This document shows positions 1-9,756 of a stretch of 64,000 bases of DNA, in pieces. A program made the translations under genes and the position numbers. Origin of the DNA: a virus; IMG/VR virus record IMGVR_UViG_3300021963_000037, positions 32,001 through 96,000 of that record; one strand, 5' to 3'. Below the pieces are notes generated by a model. It did no database searches, was not told the DNA's origin, and saw only the letters and a list, made by a program, of their open reading frames with translations. Each line of letters opens with the position of its first letter. Positions within the stretch are counted from its first letter, which is position 1.

Positions 1-2
1 AA

Positions 3-749
3 CATGGTATCAAGCTTTACAGGATGTCTTCTGATATGATTCCATGGATGTCTGAGTATGAAATCAAAGATCTACCAGATTATACTAAAATCTCTAATCT
101 TTTAAAAGGTGCAGGTAAAATTGCAATGGATGCTGGCCAAAGATTAACCTTTCATCCTGGTCATTTTTGTGTAATTGCTAGTCAAAATCCAGATGTTGTT
201 GTTCGTTCTATCAAAGAACTAAATCAACATGGCGAAATCATGGATCTAATCGGTCTACCAAGAACTCCAGATGCTGCTATCAATATTCATGTCAATACCA
301 CTGCAATTAGTAAAGAAGATTCTCTTAATCGTTTTATAAAAGCATTCGATACTCTAGATCTTTCTGTTAAAGAACGTATGACTGTTGAGAATGACGATAA
401 AAAAGCTCAATATTCTACAAGTGATTTAGTTTATGGGTTATCAGCTCACACAGGAATTCCAATCGTATTTGACTACCATCATCATTGGTGTTATGAAGAT
501 CCTATGTCACAAAAGGATGCATTGTATCTAGCAGCATCGACTTGGCCAGAAGGTATCAGACAGCTTGTTCATTATAGTTCATGTAAGAAAATCCACGAAG
601 ATGCTTCAGTTGTAAATCGTGCCCATGCCGATTACATTTACGAGCAAATCGATTCGTATGGTCTTTCAATTGATATTGACCTAGAAGCAAAAGCCAAAGA
701 AAAAGCTCTAATAAATTATATTAGAAAGTATGAAACAATCTTAATTTAA
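3..749 (+). CDS. uvsE: UV damage endonuclease UvsE/UvdE (5'-truncated at window edge)
   Basis: Frame is open upstream of the ATG at 24 (HGIKLYRMSSD). Motifs RLTFHPGHF, VENDDK, IPIVFDYHHH, RAHADYI, DIDLEAKAKE are typical of UvdE. Confidence 0.92.
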   Translation, partial: HGIKLYRMSSDMIPWMSEYEIKDLPDYTKISNLLKGAGKIAMDAGQRLTFHPGHFCVIASQNPDVVVRSIKELNQHGEIMDLIGLPRTPDAAINIHVNTTAISKEDSLNRFIKAFDTLDLSVKERMTVENDDKKAQYSTSDLVYGLSAHTGIPIVFDYHHHWCYEDPMSQKDALYLAASTWPEGIRQLVHYSSCKKIHEDASVVNRAHADYIYEQIDSYGLSIDIDLEAKAKEKALINYIRKYETILI

Positions 750-758
750 TCCATATAA
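732..758 (+). promoter_or_regulatory. Class A (early/middle) promoter GAAAC-N17-TATAA
   Basis: GAAAC 732-736, 17-nt spacer, TATAA 754-758; same geometry recurs at 1898, 43909, 57767, 59147. Confidence 0.65.
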
Positions 759-780
759 TTCAGTAAATAAATCAATTTAT

Positions 781-1014
781 ATGTCATCTCTAAAAGTAGA
801 AGCGTTAAAGGCCAGATATGAAGCGCAAAAGAAAGAAGCACTGGCAACTCTGGAAATATATTATGGTAATTCAGTCGGTATTGGTGAACACCCTCAAGTC
901 ATTGACGAAATGGACAAACTAGTACGAAAAGTTAGCGAAGCTAATGACCTAATTGCGACCTTGGAAACATTATTTATTGCTACTGCAGTAGAAGAGCCTA
1001 AAAAACCAGAGTAA
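781..1014 (+). CDS. Conserved small phage protein
   Basis: 77 aa, GIGEHPQ motif familiar from T4-like phages; flanked by a promoter and a terminator. Confidence 0.7.
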   Translation: MSSLKVEALKARYEAQKKEALATLEIYYGNSVGIGEHPQVIDEMDKLVRKVSEANDLIATLETLFIATAVEEPKKPE

Positions 1015-1034
1015 TTTGCATCTCACATGATGAC

Positions 1035-1061
1035 AAGGGATCCGAAAGGATCCCTTTTTTT
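1035..1061 (+). terminator. Rho-independent terminator
   Basis: AAGGGATCC-GAAA-GGATCCCTT followed by a T run. Confidence 0.9.
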
Positions 1062-1063
1062 AT

Positions 1064-1073
1064 GAATATATAA
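1064..1073 (+). promoter_or_regulatory. Late-promoter-like motif (DATAWATA)
   Basis: GAATATATAA immediately after the terminator and upstream of the ATG at 1095; resembles T4 late TATAAATA. Confidence 0.55.
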
Positions 1074-1094
1074 AGAAATCAAAAACAATTTTAT

Positions 1095-1367
1095 ATGACA
1101 GTAATTATTATTTTAGCGGCTCTGATCGCACTAGCATGGTACCTTTCAAAGAAATTTGTTGCTCCTAAGCAATCTAATGAAGACTTTTTTAAAATATCAG
1201 AAGATGACATCATCAATGATATTCCAACAATCTCAAATGTTGAGAAAGCACCTAAAATGAAAGCTACTCCGAAAAAGAAAAAAGAGACTAAATCTGAATT
1301 TCCAATCGAACCACATCATGAAACGGTTAAACCAAAGAGAAAATACAATAAAAAGCCTAAAGCTTAA
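1095..1367 (+). CDS. Small membrane-anchored, Lys-rich protein
   Basis: N-terminal hydrophobic helix (VIIILAALIALAWYL) and basic C-terminus. Confidence 0.7.
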   Translation: MTVIIILAALIALAWYLSKKFVAPKQSNEDFFKISEDDIINDIPTISNVEKAPKMKATPKKKKETKSEFPIEPHHETVKPKRKYNKKPKA

Positions 1368-1401
1368 TATATACTACATAATCTAAAAAAATTAAATTAA
1401 A

Positions 1402-1884
1402 ATGAGATATAAATCATTTGATCAGTTCGTATCTGAAATGGATCGTTCTGAAGAAGTAGAAAAAGAAATTACAGACTTAGGTACTCCTGATAAAAAGGAT
1501 ATTGAAGAAACTGAAGCTGAAGCCGACAAGGTTCAAACTAACGAAGCTGAAGAAAAGCCAGAAGGCGAAGAAGCTAAAGAAGAGGAAATCGAAGAAATGG
1601 TTTCTGAAATTTTAGAAAAATGCTACGAAAAAGTAGTTAAAGAAGCTAAAGCATGGGAAACTGATGCACATGACGATCATACTATTGAAACTTATATGTG
1701 TGAAAATGCTGCTCTAGTTGCTGGTCTTTCTGCAAAAGCAATAAAAGATTGTAAAGAAGAGTTTGGTTTAGAAGCTTACGAAGCAGCTCTTAATATGGTT
1801 AAAGAAGCTTTCTCTAAGAAAATCGAAGAGATTAAATTGGCTGAAAGCGGTCATGCAGCTGAAGAAGCAGCAGAAGGCGAATAA
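1402..1884 (+). CDS. Acidic protein with capsid-targeting-like N-terminus (putative prohead core/internal protein)
   Basis: Starts MRYKSFDQFVSE (compare T4 internal-protein MKTYQEFIAE); AATATATA at 1366; very Glu-rich. Confidence 0.55.
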   Translation: MRYKSFDQFVSEMDRSEEVEKEITDLGTPDKKDIEETEAEADKVQTNEAEEKPEGEEAKEEEIEEMVSEILEKCYEKVVKEAKAWETDAHDDHTIETYMCENAALVAGLSAKAIKDCKEEFGLEAYEAALNMVKEAFSKKIEEIKLAESGHAAEEAAEGE

Positions 1885-1908
1885 TCCCTATTTAAAATAA
1901 ACTATTTG

Positions 1909-1942
1909 ATGGATCTGAATATAATTATTCAGATCCATTTTT
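1909..1942 (+). terminator. Terminator hairpin overlapping a class A promoter
   Basis: ATGGATCTGAATA-TAAT-TATTCAGATCCAT then TTTT; TAAAC 1898-1902 + N17 + TATAA 1920-1924. Confidence 0.75.
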
Positions 1943-1950
1943 ATTTTAAT

Positions 1951-2388
1951 ATGCCGAGAATTCCGATAGACAAAATACACATGCAGATCGCATATCAAAT
2001 TGCGAAACTAAGTTATGCTGAGCGCCGAAAGGTAGGTTGCATCATTGTAAAAGATGGTCAAATTATCAGTGTTGGGTATAATGGAACTCCTCATGGATTC
2101 GAGAATGAATGTGAACATACTGATTCAATGGGACAGTGTGTTACTAAACGTGAAGTTCTACATGCTGAATCTAACGCAATTACTAAATTAGCAAAATCCA
2201 CTATTAGTTCGGTTGGAACTACTCTCTATACTACAACAATGCCTTGTTTCGAATGTTCTAAATTGATTATTCAAGCTGGAATATCCGAAGTTAGATATTG
2301 TGAAGAGTATAGAGATACTAGTGGAGTTGATTTATTGGAAAAGGCTGGAATTCCAGTCTACCAAGACATAGTCTGGAATAACGAATAA
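1951..2388 (+). CDS. cd: dCMP deaminase
   Basis: VGC, GYNG, HAESNAI and PCFEC zinc motifs. Start moved to MPRIP at 1951, downstream of the hairpin. Confidence 0.93.
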   Translation: MPRIPIDKIHMQIAYQIAKLSYAERRKVGCIIVKDGQIISVGYNGTPHGFENECEHTDSMGQCVTKREVLHAESNAITKLAKSTISSVGTTLYTTTMPCFECSKLIIQAGISEVRYCEEYRDTSGVDLLEKAGIPVYQDIVWNNE

Positions 2389-2403
2389 ATATAATATAAT
2401 ATT

Positions 2404-2616
2404 ATGGGATTTAATGTAAGGCACTATCCAGAGGATGTGAAGATTTTAGAGGACAAATTAAAGAATGAAGGTTCTCATTATTTTTACAACATGTATATTA
2501 AGAGAGTAGAATGTTGGATGGGATCTGAAAAAGGAAAAGAATCTGAAAGATTTATAGAAAAATTCATGAAAAAATATAATGAGTCCGACGAAGAATTCCA
2601 TGTTCTCGAAAATTAG
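2404..2616 (+). CDS. Hypothetical protein
   Basis: 70-aa ORF in a tightly packed run. Confidence 0.6.
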   Translation: MGFNVRHYPEDVKILEDKLKNEGSHYFYNMYIKRVECWMGSEKGKESERFIEKFMKKYNESDEEFHVLEN

Positions 2617-3205
2617 TAATTTTTTAAGAATGAAAAAAGAAGATAAAGAAAAAAGTATGAGCGAAGTTATTGAAACTCCTATTGTTGAAACAATCAGTAT
2701 TGAAGAAAAAGAAGAACCTAGAAAATTTCAATGGAAGAAAGGTGAAAACTTCGGATTTACCGTAGTACTTGATCGTGAAGATACTGAAATGTTGTACTTT
2801 ACAGATGGTTCTAGAATTTTTAAACATCTACAAAATGAATTTTTAGAAGAGATTCATGACGGTCAATTACCTTTTCCTCCTGCAAATGAGCGTATTAAAA
2901 CTGAAAAAAGAGTTGAGCAACCTGCGTTTGTTCAACCGACAGTTGCTGTACAGCCAGAAGTTTCACCATTAGAAAAACTTATAATCAAGTTATCTTCTAA
3001 AAATGTAGAAACAATAGATTTAAGTGTTGGTATTAATTTACCAAAAAGAGAAGTATTCTCAATGTTATTAGATAACAGTGATGAAACTCGCGAAGAAATG
3101 ATTGCTACAATCTCACAAATTGTGACATCTCAAATCCAGATAGATAAACTACAAAGTTATATTAATCAAGAAGTCGTTAACTATTTAAACAATTATTATG
3201 AATAA
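2600..3205 (+). CDS. Hypothetical protein
   Basis: ORF overlapping both neighbours; start uncertain (2579, 2600 or 2630). Confidence 0.65.
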   Translation: MFSKISNFLRMKKEDKEKSMSEVIETPIVETISIEEKEEPRKFQWKKGENFGFTVVLDREDTEMLYFTDGSRIFKHLQNEFLEEIHDGQLPFPPANERIKTEKRVEQPAFVQPTVAVQPEVSPLEKLIIKLSSKNVETIDLSVGINLPKREVFSMLLDNSDETREEMIATISQIVTSQIQIDKLQSYINQEVVNYLNNYYE

Positions 3206-3578
3206 TCCACCGAACAGACGTGAACGCCGTAACATGTATAAAAATGCCGGCATGCTTAAAGCAAAAGAACAATTGGGTACATCTTCACCAGTAAAACAAG
3301 AATGGTACAAGAAGATGAGAGAGGAGGGCGAGCGAATCCATGAAATGAACATGAGAAATGCGCAAGACCAAATCGAAAATCAATTACAAATTATCTTAGA
3401 TCGCCAAAAAGAAACATGGACAGAACTAGGATATAATGAGGCTGAAATAGCTTTATTAGAAGAATCTTGGACTTTGATGGCTGTAAAAGACAAAGAAACT
3501 TACAGAGAAGACAAGAAAAAAGCAAGAGAACTTAGTAAACAAGCTAATCAATTACGTTTAGCTAGAAAAGAACAATAA
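3198..3578 (+). CDS. Hypothetical helical protein
   Basis: 126 aa; N-terminal NRRERR motif, charged helical sequence. Confidence 0.65.
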   Translation: MNNPPNRRERRNMYKNAGMLKAKEQLGTSSPVKQEWYKKMREEGERIHEMNMRNAQDQIENQLQIILDRQKETWTELGYNEAEIALLEESWTLMAVKDKETYREDKKKARELSKQANQLRLARKEQ

Positions 3579-3583
3579 TAGTT

Positions 3584-3910
3584 ATGCAAACTATAACAAT
3601 AGAACTAGCCGACAATGGCGTAATCAAATACGTATTAGAAGACAATGCAAATGCAGCGGGCGAAAGCTATAGTTCTGTTATTGTTTATGATTTTGAGTCT
3701 GAAAATTCAAGTGAAAACAAAATTAAATTTCTTTTAGAAGTTTCTGAAGATTGTGGACTAGAATTTGGAAGCACTAAAGACCAAGATCAAATAAAAATAA
3801 TCGCGGATTGGGGAGAACATTATAAGCCTTCTAAGGCTGAAATTGAAGAGAAGCTTGCTGAATTAAATAAGCAAGTTTCTGATCTTCAAACTCTGCTTAA
3901 TAAATCATGA
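3584..3910 (+). CDS. Hypothetical protein
   Basis: 108 aa with C-terminal coiled coil. Confidence 0.65.
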   Translation: MQTITIELADNGVIKYVLEDNANAAGESYSSVIVYDFESENSSENKIKFLLEVSEDCGLEFGSTKDQDQIKIIADWGEHYKPSKAEIEEKLAELNKQVSDLQTLLNKS

Positions 3911-4311
3911 GTTTAATAATCGACTGTGTTTGGTCAGAACATAGAAGAGACTACGTTCGTTTTACAAAGGGACTAGAATCTAATTATGACACAATTATAG
4001 ATTACCATGCTATTTCAAATAAGCTGGCCAAATCCTGTCCTTATGGAGAGGAACCAAATCAGTCTGTTGTTGGGCTTCATATTTTTAAGACACTCGAAGC
4101 TACATTGTTATTTCATCAGGACCATAGAATCCTGTACTTATTAAAAAACCTAGAACCAGTAACGATTGCTAATCTTAAAGAGATCGTTACTGATTTCTAT
4201 TATCGAGAGTTTACATTTAATCTAACTATGATTAGTGAAACTCCTTTGACGAATGAAAACATATTGACACTTTTTGATGGTGTCACTCATTTAACAAATG
4301 ATAAAGCATAA
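3907..4311 (+). CDS. Hypothetical protein
   Basis: 134 aa; ATGA overlap with the upstream gene. Confidence 0.6.
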   Translation: MSLIIDCVWSEHRRDYVRFTKGLESNYDTIIDYHAISNKLAKSCPYGEEPNQSVVGLHIFKTLEATLLFHQDHRILYLLKNLEPVTIANLKEIVTDFYYREFTFNLTMISETPLTNENILTLFDGVTHLTNDKA

Positions 4312-4891
4312 GATATTTACCAAAGGTGATAAAATCCATGCTCTCTTATCAAATAAACGTTTTCCAAACATTCTATTCCCGGTAAGAGCAATTATCTATG
4401 ATGTCAAGTTCGAAGAGAACATGCCAAGATATATGCTTAAAATCGACAAAATGTACGATGATGTTGATTTCCTAAAAAGATACTTTTTTGGGTTAACTTT
4501 TGACGGTAGTTTTGAAGGCAAACAAACTAAAATTAATTTAAGTCGCCGAGAATATTCTAAAGTAGAAGACCTTGAAAGACTATTCTCTGAAAAATGGGAA
4601 AGTTACATGTTTGCTGTTGATTCTATCTTTTGTGTTAAAACAAGAGTTGAACAATTAGAACTATTCAATAACCTACACGATTTCTTTATTGAGAAACATT
4701 TAAAAGAGCTTTATGAGCTCTCAAACCGTTCAGCCTATTCTAAAGGCAAATATTACTATCACGTTAAAGATGAGTTTGTAATTGCTCTTAAGAAATTCTT
4801 AGGCGAAAGAGCACCTGATCAAAAAGATTATTTTGATAAATTATTATATAGATCAGACTCTGCTGAACTAGATAAAATAGACAAGGGATAA
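4298..4891 (+). CDS. Hypothetical protein
   Basis: 197-aa ORF coupled to neighbours. Confidence 0.65.
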   Translation: MIKHKIFTKGDKIHALLSNKRFPNILFPVRAIIYDVKFEENMPRYMLKIDKMYDDVDFLKRYFFGLTFDGSFEGKQTKINLSRREYSKVEDLERLFSEKWESYMFAVDSIFCVKTRVEQLELFNNLHDFFIEKHLKELYELSNRSAYSKGKYYYHVKDEFVIALKKFLGERAPDQKDYFDKLLYRSDSAELDKIDKG

Positions 4892-5628
4892 TGCTACAAC
4901 CTAAGATTTCAGTAATTATGCAGGCATATCTAGGAGACTATCCTGGATCACGAAGCAATTCAATTAATAAATTTATAAGAGCCATAAACACGTTCAAGGC
5001 TCAAACCTATTCTAATTCAGAATTAATCATAGTTAGCGATGGATGTGAAATAGTACATAACACATACAATACTCTTTTTAAAACAGATCCTCGGATTAAA
5101 TACGCCTTTGTAGATAAAAAAGGAATTCCAAATATGTATGAACTTATTGATGGTCAAAAATACTATCGTGGGGTTCCTAGACAAGTTGGAATCACTCTAT
5201 CGACTGGTGATTTAATAACATACATGGATTCTGATGATTTCTTACTTCCTAACTTCTTAGAATCTATTGTATCTGAATTCAATAAGAACCCTAATTTAGA
5301 TTTTTATTCAAATGGATCTTGGTTTGATAATCATATTGCAACATGGCCCGAAACTTCTGCAATGTTTGCTTCAGATCAAACTGTAAAATATAGAGTACCA
5401 GGTCTAGATAGTGAATGGATTATTACTCGCATGAAACCTGGAATGTTAACTATGGCGCCATGGTTATTCATACATAAAAAAGTTGATGACATCCAGTGGC
5501 AAGATACGACTGAAACCAGTGAAGATGTTGACTTTAATACTAGATTCCGTAAGAAATATAAAATTGGTATTCAGATAAATATTCCATCATACGTTAGATG
5601 CCACTATTCCCAACTCTGGGACTACTAA
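4891..5628 (+). CDS. GT2 (GT-A fold) glycosyltransferase
   Basis: KISVIM start, ELIIVSDG, ITYMDSDD (DxD), EDVDF. Confidence 0.85.
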   Translation: MLQPKISVIMQAYLGDYPGSRSNSINKFIRAINTFKAQTYSNSELIIVSDGCEIVHNTYNTLFKTDPRIKYAFVDKKGIPNMYELIDGQKYYRGVPRQVGITLSTGDLITYMDSDDFLLPNFLESIVSEFNKNPNLDFYSNGSWFDNHIATWPETSAMFASDQTVKYRVPGLDSEWIITRMKPGMLTMAPWLFIHKKVDDIQWQDTTETSEDVDFNTRFRKKYKIGIQINIPSYVRCHYSQLWDY

Positions 5629-5653
5629 AACCCTGGCATTATTTTTAATATAT

Positions 5654-5669
5654 GAATATATAAGATAAG
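5654..5669 (+). promoter_or_regulatory. Late promoter heading the structural module
   Basis: GAATATATAAGATAAG, identical 16-mer to 48221-48236. Confidence 0.7.
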
Positions 5670-5701
5670 GTCGATGTGCCTTTAAAAAAATGATGAGATA
5701 A

Positions 5702-7591
5702 ATGCCTAATTTTGTTGATGGATTTGCTAAAGCAGCAGACGGTGCTTATAATAAAGTATGGAACCTTGGTAAGGAGCCTAAAGGTTCTTCTAAGCCGTCA
5801 GGCTCTGCTCCTAAGAAATATAAAACCATTAGTTCAAAGGATGCTACTAAAACAATTACAGAATCTAATGAGCTTCCTGATTTAATTTTAAATTCTGAAA
5901 ATAAAATTAGTCCACTTGAATCTCAAACTAATTTTGGTAGAAGTAGTGCATATGCTGCTGGAATACAAACAGCAGATACTAGAGATATTGATAAACTTAT
6001 TAAAGGAAACAATACTCTATACGATCAACCAGTTGATTCATATAAATACACACCTTCTGATGTTGAAGGTGCAAAAGGAGCAAAAGGAGAAGGTCGTAAA
6101 AAAGGACCTCCTGGACCAGCTATAAATGAAGGTCTAGTTCCATACTCTGCTTTTAACCGATACACATTAATGAAGTATCGAGGAACTCCTCTTACTGGTT
6201 TAGTTGCTGGTGCCAATGTTGATTTAAAGAAAGATTATAACTTAATTAATGCCGAAACTCTAGTAGAGCCAACGGTTACTAATATCATACAAATGACTAA
6301 TGAACATGGTTCGTTAGGTTATCGATATAATTATTCGGATTTTGCAATGTGTAAATATATTGGTAAAATTCCTAACAACTATATGATTACTCTTAGAAGA
6401 TTTCCATTTCCAGTTGAAGATGATATTATTACACCAATGGTAATTGCAGCAGATGGGAAGAAAGAAAACGCAAAAAGTCCTGATATTGCACGAGCAATAA
6501 CATGGATGTCTGAAGCTACTGGTAATAATTTATCAGATATGCTAGCGTTAGATTATAAATATCATTGGGAAGAAAAGAAAGCCGATGTTCAAACGGTCAC
6601 TGCAACAAATAGTGATTCTTCTGGTGGTAAATTAGGCTCTGGTTTAATGAGTACCCGAGTGGGTAAAGCTTTTATGGGAGCAGGACAAGGAATGAATGGT
6701 GTACAAGTTAAACAAACTGAAGCTGCTGGATCTGGATTTGATCCAATGAAAGAAACATATCCAAACCACGTATTTGGACCATTTAACAAAATAGTATCTA
6801 TGATGACTAGAGGTCAAGATGGTTTACTATTTGAAAAAGAATTCACGGTTAAATTTCAATATGAAATGAAGGGAATATATGGCGCAAATCCTAAAGTTTT
6901 ATTTATGGATCAATTCGCAAATATTTTAGCATTAACATATTCAAATGCACCGTTTTGGGGAGGAGAAGTAAAATATCTAGGTAGTGGATCTATCGGTAAA
7001 CCATTTGGAAATATTGACTTATTAAGAGGTGGACAATATAAAGAATTCTTAGGATCTGTAATGAAAGACTTACAGGGAATGGCAACTAATATTGTTGATG
7101 ATATTAAAAAGAATGGACTTGGTGGTTCTAAGGTTGTTAGTAACTTATTAGGTGGTGCGTTGATGGATTTATTTAATTCACCTCAAGCGCCTGCTATTGC
7201 AAACGCATTACTAACTGGTGATGCAACAGGTCAATGGCATATTACTGTTGGAAATCCGTTAAATCCAATGATGGTTATGGGTAACTTAATTATTACTGGA
7301 ACCAAGATTAATTTCAAAGGCGGTAATGGAGTACAAGATTTTCCAGAAGAAATGGAAGTTGAAATCACATTAAAACCAGGAAGACCAAGAGATAAAGCAG
7401 ATATTGAAAGCATGTTCAATGCGGGAAGAGGTAGATTCTATCTTAAACCAAATGATGGTGTTGATATTAATAAAACAAGAGATGTTTCTGAATATGGAGA
7501 AAAAGGAAGCCCAGCAGCCAATTTATCTGGTACTAGTGCTAAAAGCGGTTCTCATATAGATGATTCATTTAGAAAATTTGCAGCAGACTAA
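5702..7591 (+). CDS. Virion/baseplate-associated structural protein (possibly tube-cap/initiator-like)
   Basis: 629 aa, first gene behind a late promoter and directly upstream of the gp53-like gene; function inferred from position only. Confidence 0.45.
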   Translation: MPNFVDGFAKAADGAYNKVWNLGKEPKGSSKPSGSAPKKYKTISSKDATKTITESNELPDLILNSENKISPLESQTNFGRSSAYAAGIQTADTRDIDKLIKGNNTLYDQPVDSYKYTPSDVEGAKGAKGEGRKKGPPGPAINEGLVPYSAFNRYTLMKYRGTPLTGLVAGANVDLKKDYNLINAETLVEPTVTNIIQMTNEHGSLGYRYNYSDFAMCKYIGKIPNNYMITLRRFPFPVEDDIITPMVIAADGKKENAKSPDIARAITWMSEATGNNLSDMLALDYKYHWEEKKADVQTVTATNSDSSGGKLGSGLMSTRVGKAFMGAGQGMNGVQVKQTEAAGSGFDPMKETYPNHVFGPFNKIVSMMTRGQDGLLFEKEFTVKFQYEMKGIYGANPKVLFMDQFANILALTYSNAPFWGGEVKYLGSGSIGKPFGNIDLLRGGQYKEFLGSVMKDLQGMATNIVDDIKKNGLGGSKVVSNLLGGALMDLFNSPQAPAIANALLTGDATGQWHITVGNPLNPMMVMGNLIITGTKINFKGGNGVQDFPEEMEVEITLKPGRPRDKADIESMFNAGRGRFYLKPNDGVDINKTRDVSEYGEKGSPAANLSGTSAKSGSHIDDSFRKFAAD

Positions 7592-8211
7592 TGTTAAACA
7601 GTTTAGACAAAAAGAAAATCACGACTTCCGATTATGAATCGGAAAATAAGGTTATTATGACCGAACCTACAATGTTGTTCCCTGATTTTGTTAGGGTAGA
7701 CAAAACGTTTGTAGTTGATGATTATTATGCAGGTAGGATTGATTTGATTTCTCTTAATCTGTATAATAATGCTAATTATGGTGACCAAATTTTAAAATTT
7801 AATGGAATTTCAAATCCATTCTCAATCGGAGCTGGAGACATTTTATTAGTTCCACCATTAGATGTTTTATTAAAACAATGGAAGAAACCAGGAATTGGTG
7901 TAAAAGAAGCTAATGTTGTTAGAGATAAATTTATTGACACTAAAAGACTTCCAATCAAGGATCAAAATCGACTTGATTATCTTAAAAGAAAAGCTGCTGA
8001 AAAGCCAAATGGTGCAAAAGAAATTTTACCGCCAAACGTTTTAAAATCTGATCAAACTAATGTTGTTATTCAAAATGGAGAAACTATCGTAGGTAATGCA
8101 ATGCCTACAACTAAAGATAGAACTTCTGCTCTTTTAACTTCAAATAAAGCATTTGAAGGAGAGATTCAAAAGCTTAATAAAATTAATAACAATACTAATA
8201 ATAAACTTTAA
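7591..8211 (+). CDS. gp53: Baseplate wedge protein, gp53/LysM-like
   Basis: GRIDLISLNLY...ILKFNGISNPFSIGAGDILLVP matches the gp53/LysM pattern. Confidence 0.75.
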   Translation: MLNSLDKKKITTSDYESENKVIMTEPTMLFPDFVRVDKTFVVDDYYAGRIDLISLNLYNNANYGDQILKFNGISNPFSIGAGDILLVPPLDVLLKQWKKPGIGVKEANVVRDKFIDTKRLPIKDQNRLDYLKRKAAEKPNGAKEILPPNVLKSDQTNVVIQNGETIVGNAMPTTKDRTSALLTSNKAFEGEIQKLNKINNNTNNKL

Positions 8212-9740
8212 TGGCTAGCGATTTAGATAGACATATACTTGTAATTACTGAACCGACTATTAAGTTGGATCCGATGATTTATGATTCAGGAGATGAAGAA
8301 AAAGAAGGTGGTAAAAAGATTTCAAAATCAAATGGTAATATTACTCCAGCAGTAAGAATCAACAATATTGATATTCAAGAGTATGATTTGAATTCAATGA
8401 CAATTGATACTTCTAGTTTTTTACCAACATTAAATCTTGCCTTTATGGATAGTGATAACCAATTTAAAGGCGATTCTATTCCAAGAGACGGAGATATTGT
8501 TAGTATTCGATTGGCTTCTAGACAATCTGATACTTATAAGGATATTAGAATGGATTTTGATATTATTAATTGTAATGCAAGTTCTTCTGATGAAGGAGGA
8601 GCAAATCCACAATCTTTAGCAGGTGGACAATATTCAATACGTGGAAGACTTAAAGTTCCTAAAATATTAGCTGAAGAGTCTAAAGGATACGGAAAGAAAA
8701 CATCACTAGATCATTTAGAACAAATTGCAACCGAACTTCAATTAGGTTTTGCAACTAATATCGATAAAACCGATGACGAAATGTCTAGATTTTGTCCATT
8801 TATTTCTAAAGTTCAGTTCATTAATGATATTATAAAACATGGTTATATTGATGATGAGAGTTTTGTTGTCGGTAAAATAGATCCTTATTACAATTTAAAT
8901 TACGTCGATCTTAATAAAGTATTTAATTCTAAAAATGATTTGGAATTGACTTATTTTAATAAGATGCAGGAAGATATGAACAAAAATCCTGAAGATACTG
9001 ACGATACAAATAAAATTAAAGCAGCAATGCTTTTAACAAACCATCCAACATACAATTCAAGTTCTCAATTTTTTGAAAACTTTAAGGTGATTAATGAGGC
9101 TGGTGCAAAAACTGCTAAGTTTGGATATACTATGAAACTTCAGTATTTTGAAAATGACAGCGATGAAGGATTAGTTTCATTTGATGTTGAACCACGAGCT
9201 AGTAAAACAATGTCAGATATTGAAGAGCCTTTAAGAGGTCGTAGAAAAGAAGGTACTGGAAAAGAAGAGGAAACTAGATATAAAGATGAAGTTAAACAAA
9301 AATATGTTGGACGTATTGACGCTGATAAAACTCATGGCAACATGAATATTAATCATTATTTTGCAGCTATTCAAAATAAAATGAATTATGCGCAAAGTAC
9401 GAAAATGAAATTAGAAATAACATTAGACCAAATTAATCCAGGTCTTTATATGTTTCAAAAGATTCCTGTGTTTATCACAGCATATAATGATACAGAAGTT
9501 GCTAGATTAAATTCTCTTAAAGAAAAGAAAAAAGAAAAAGGATTCAGTACTGTAGGAGAAGAGTATGGAGAGGATCCAGCTTCTCCAGGTGGAGATAAAA
9601 TAGTTATGGATGAATTCCATACTGGATATTATATTATTGAAAACATTCAATATATTTATGATTCTGATGATGGTTTAGGAATTAGACAAAAACTAACTCT
9701 TTTGAGAAGAGAATGGCCATCCAAGCTTAATACAATTTAA
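8211..9740 (+). CDS. Baseplate hub protein (gp27-like)
   Basis: Lies between gp53 and the spike gene; C-terminal TGYYIIENIQY...QKLTLLRRE is typical of hub proteins. Confidence 0.55.
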   Translation: MASDLDRHILVITEPTIKLDPMIYDSGDEEKEGGKKISKSNGNITPAVRINNIDIQEYDLNSMTIDTSSFLPTLNLAFMDSDNQFKGDSIPRDGDIVSIRLASRQSDTYKDIRMDFDIINCNASSSDEGGANPQSLAGGQYSIRGRLKVPKILAEESKGYGKKTSLDHLEQIATELQLGFATNIDKTDDEMSRFCPFISKVQFINDIIKHGYIDDESFVVGKIDPYYNLNYVDLNKVFNSKNDLELTYFNKMQEDMNKNPEDTDDTNKIKAAMLLTNHPTYNSSSQFFENFKVINEAGAKTAKFGYTMKLQYFENDSDEGLVSFDVEPRASKTMSDIEEPLRGRRKEGTGKEEETRYKDEVKQKYVGRIDADKTHGNMNINHYFAAIQNKMNYAQSTKMKLEITLDQINPGLYMFQKIPVFITAYNDTEVARLNSLKEKKKEKGFSTVGEEYGEDPASPGGDKIVMDEFHTGYYIIENIQYIYDSDDGLGIRQKLTLLRREWPSKLNTI

Positions 9741-9756
9741 AAACAATATATAATTC

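Noticed and set aside
3907-4311. Degenerate P-loop kinase
   Set aside because: No Walker A motif; resemblance is too weak to call.
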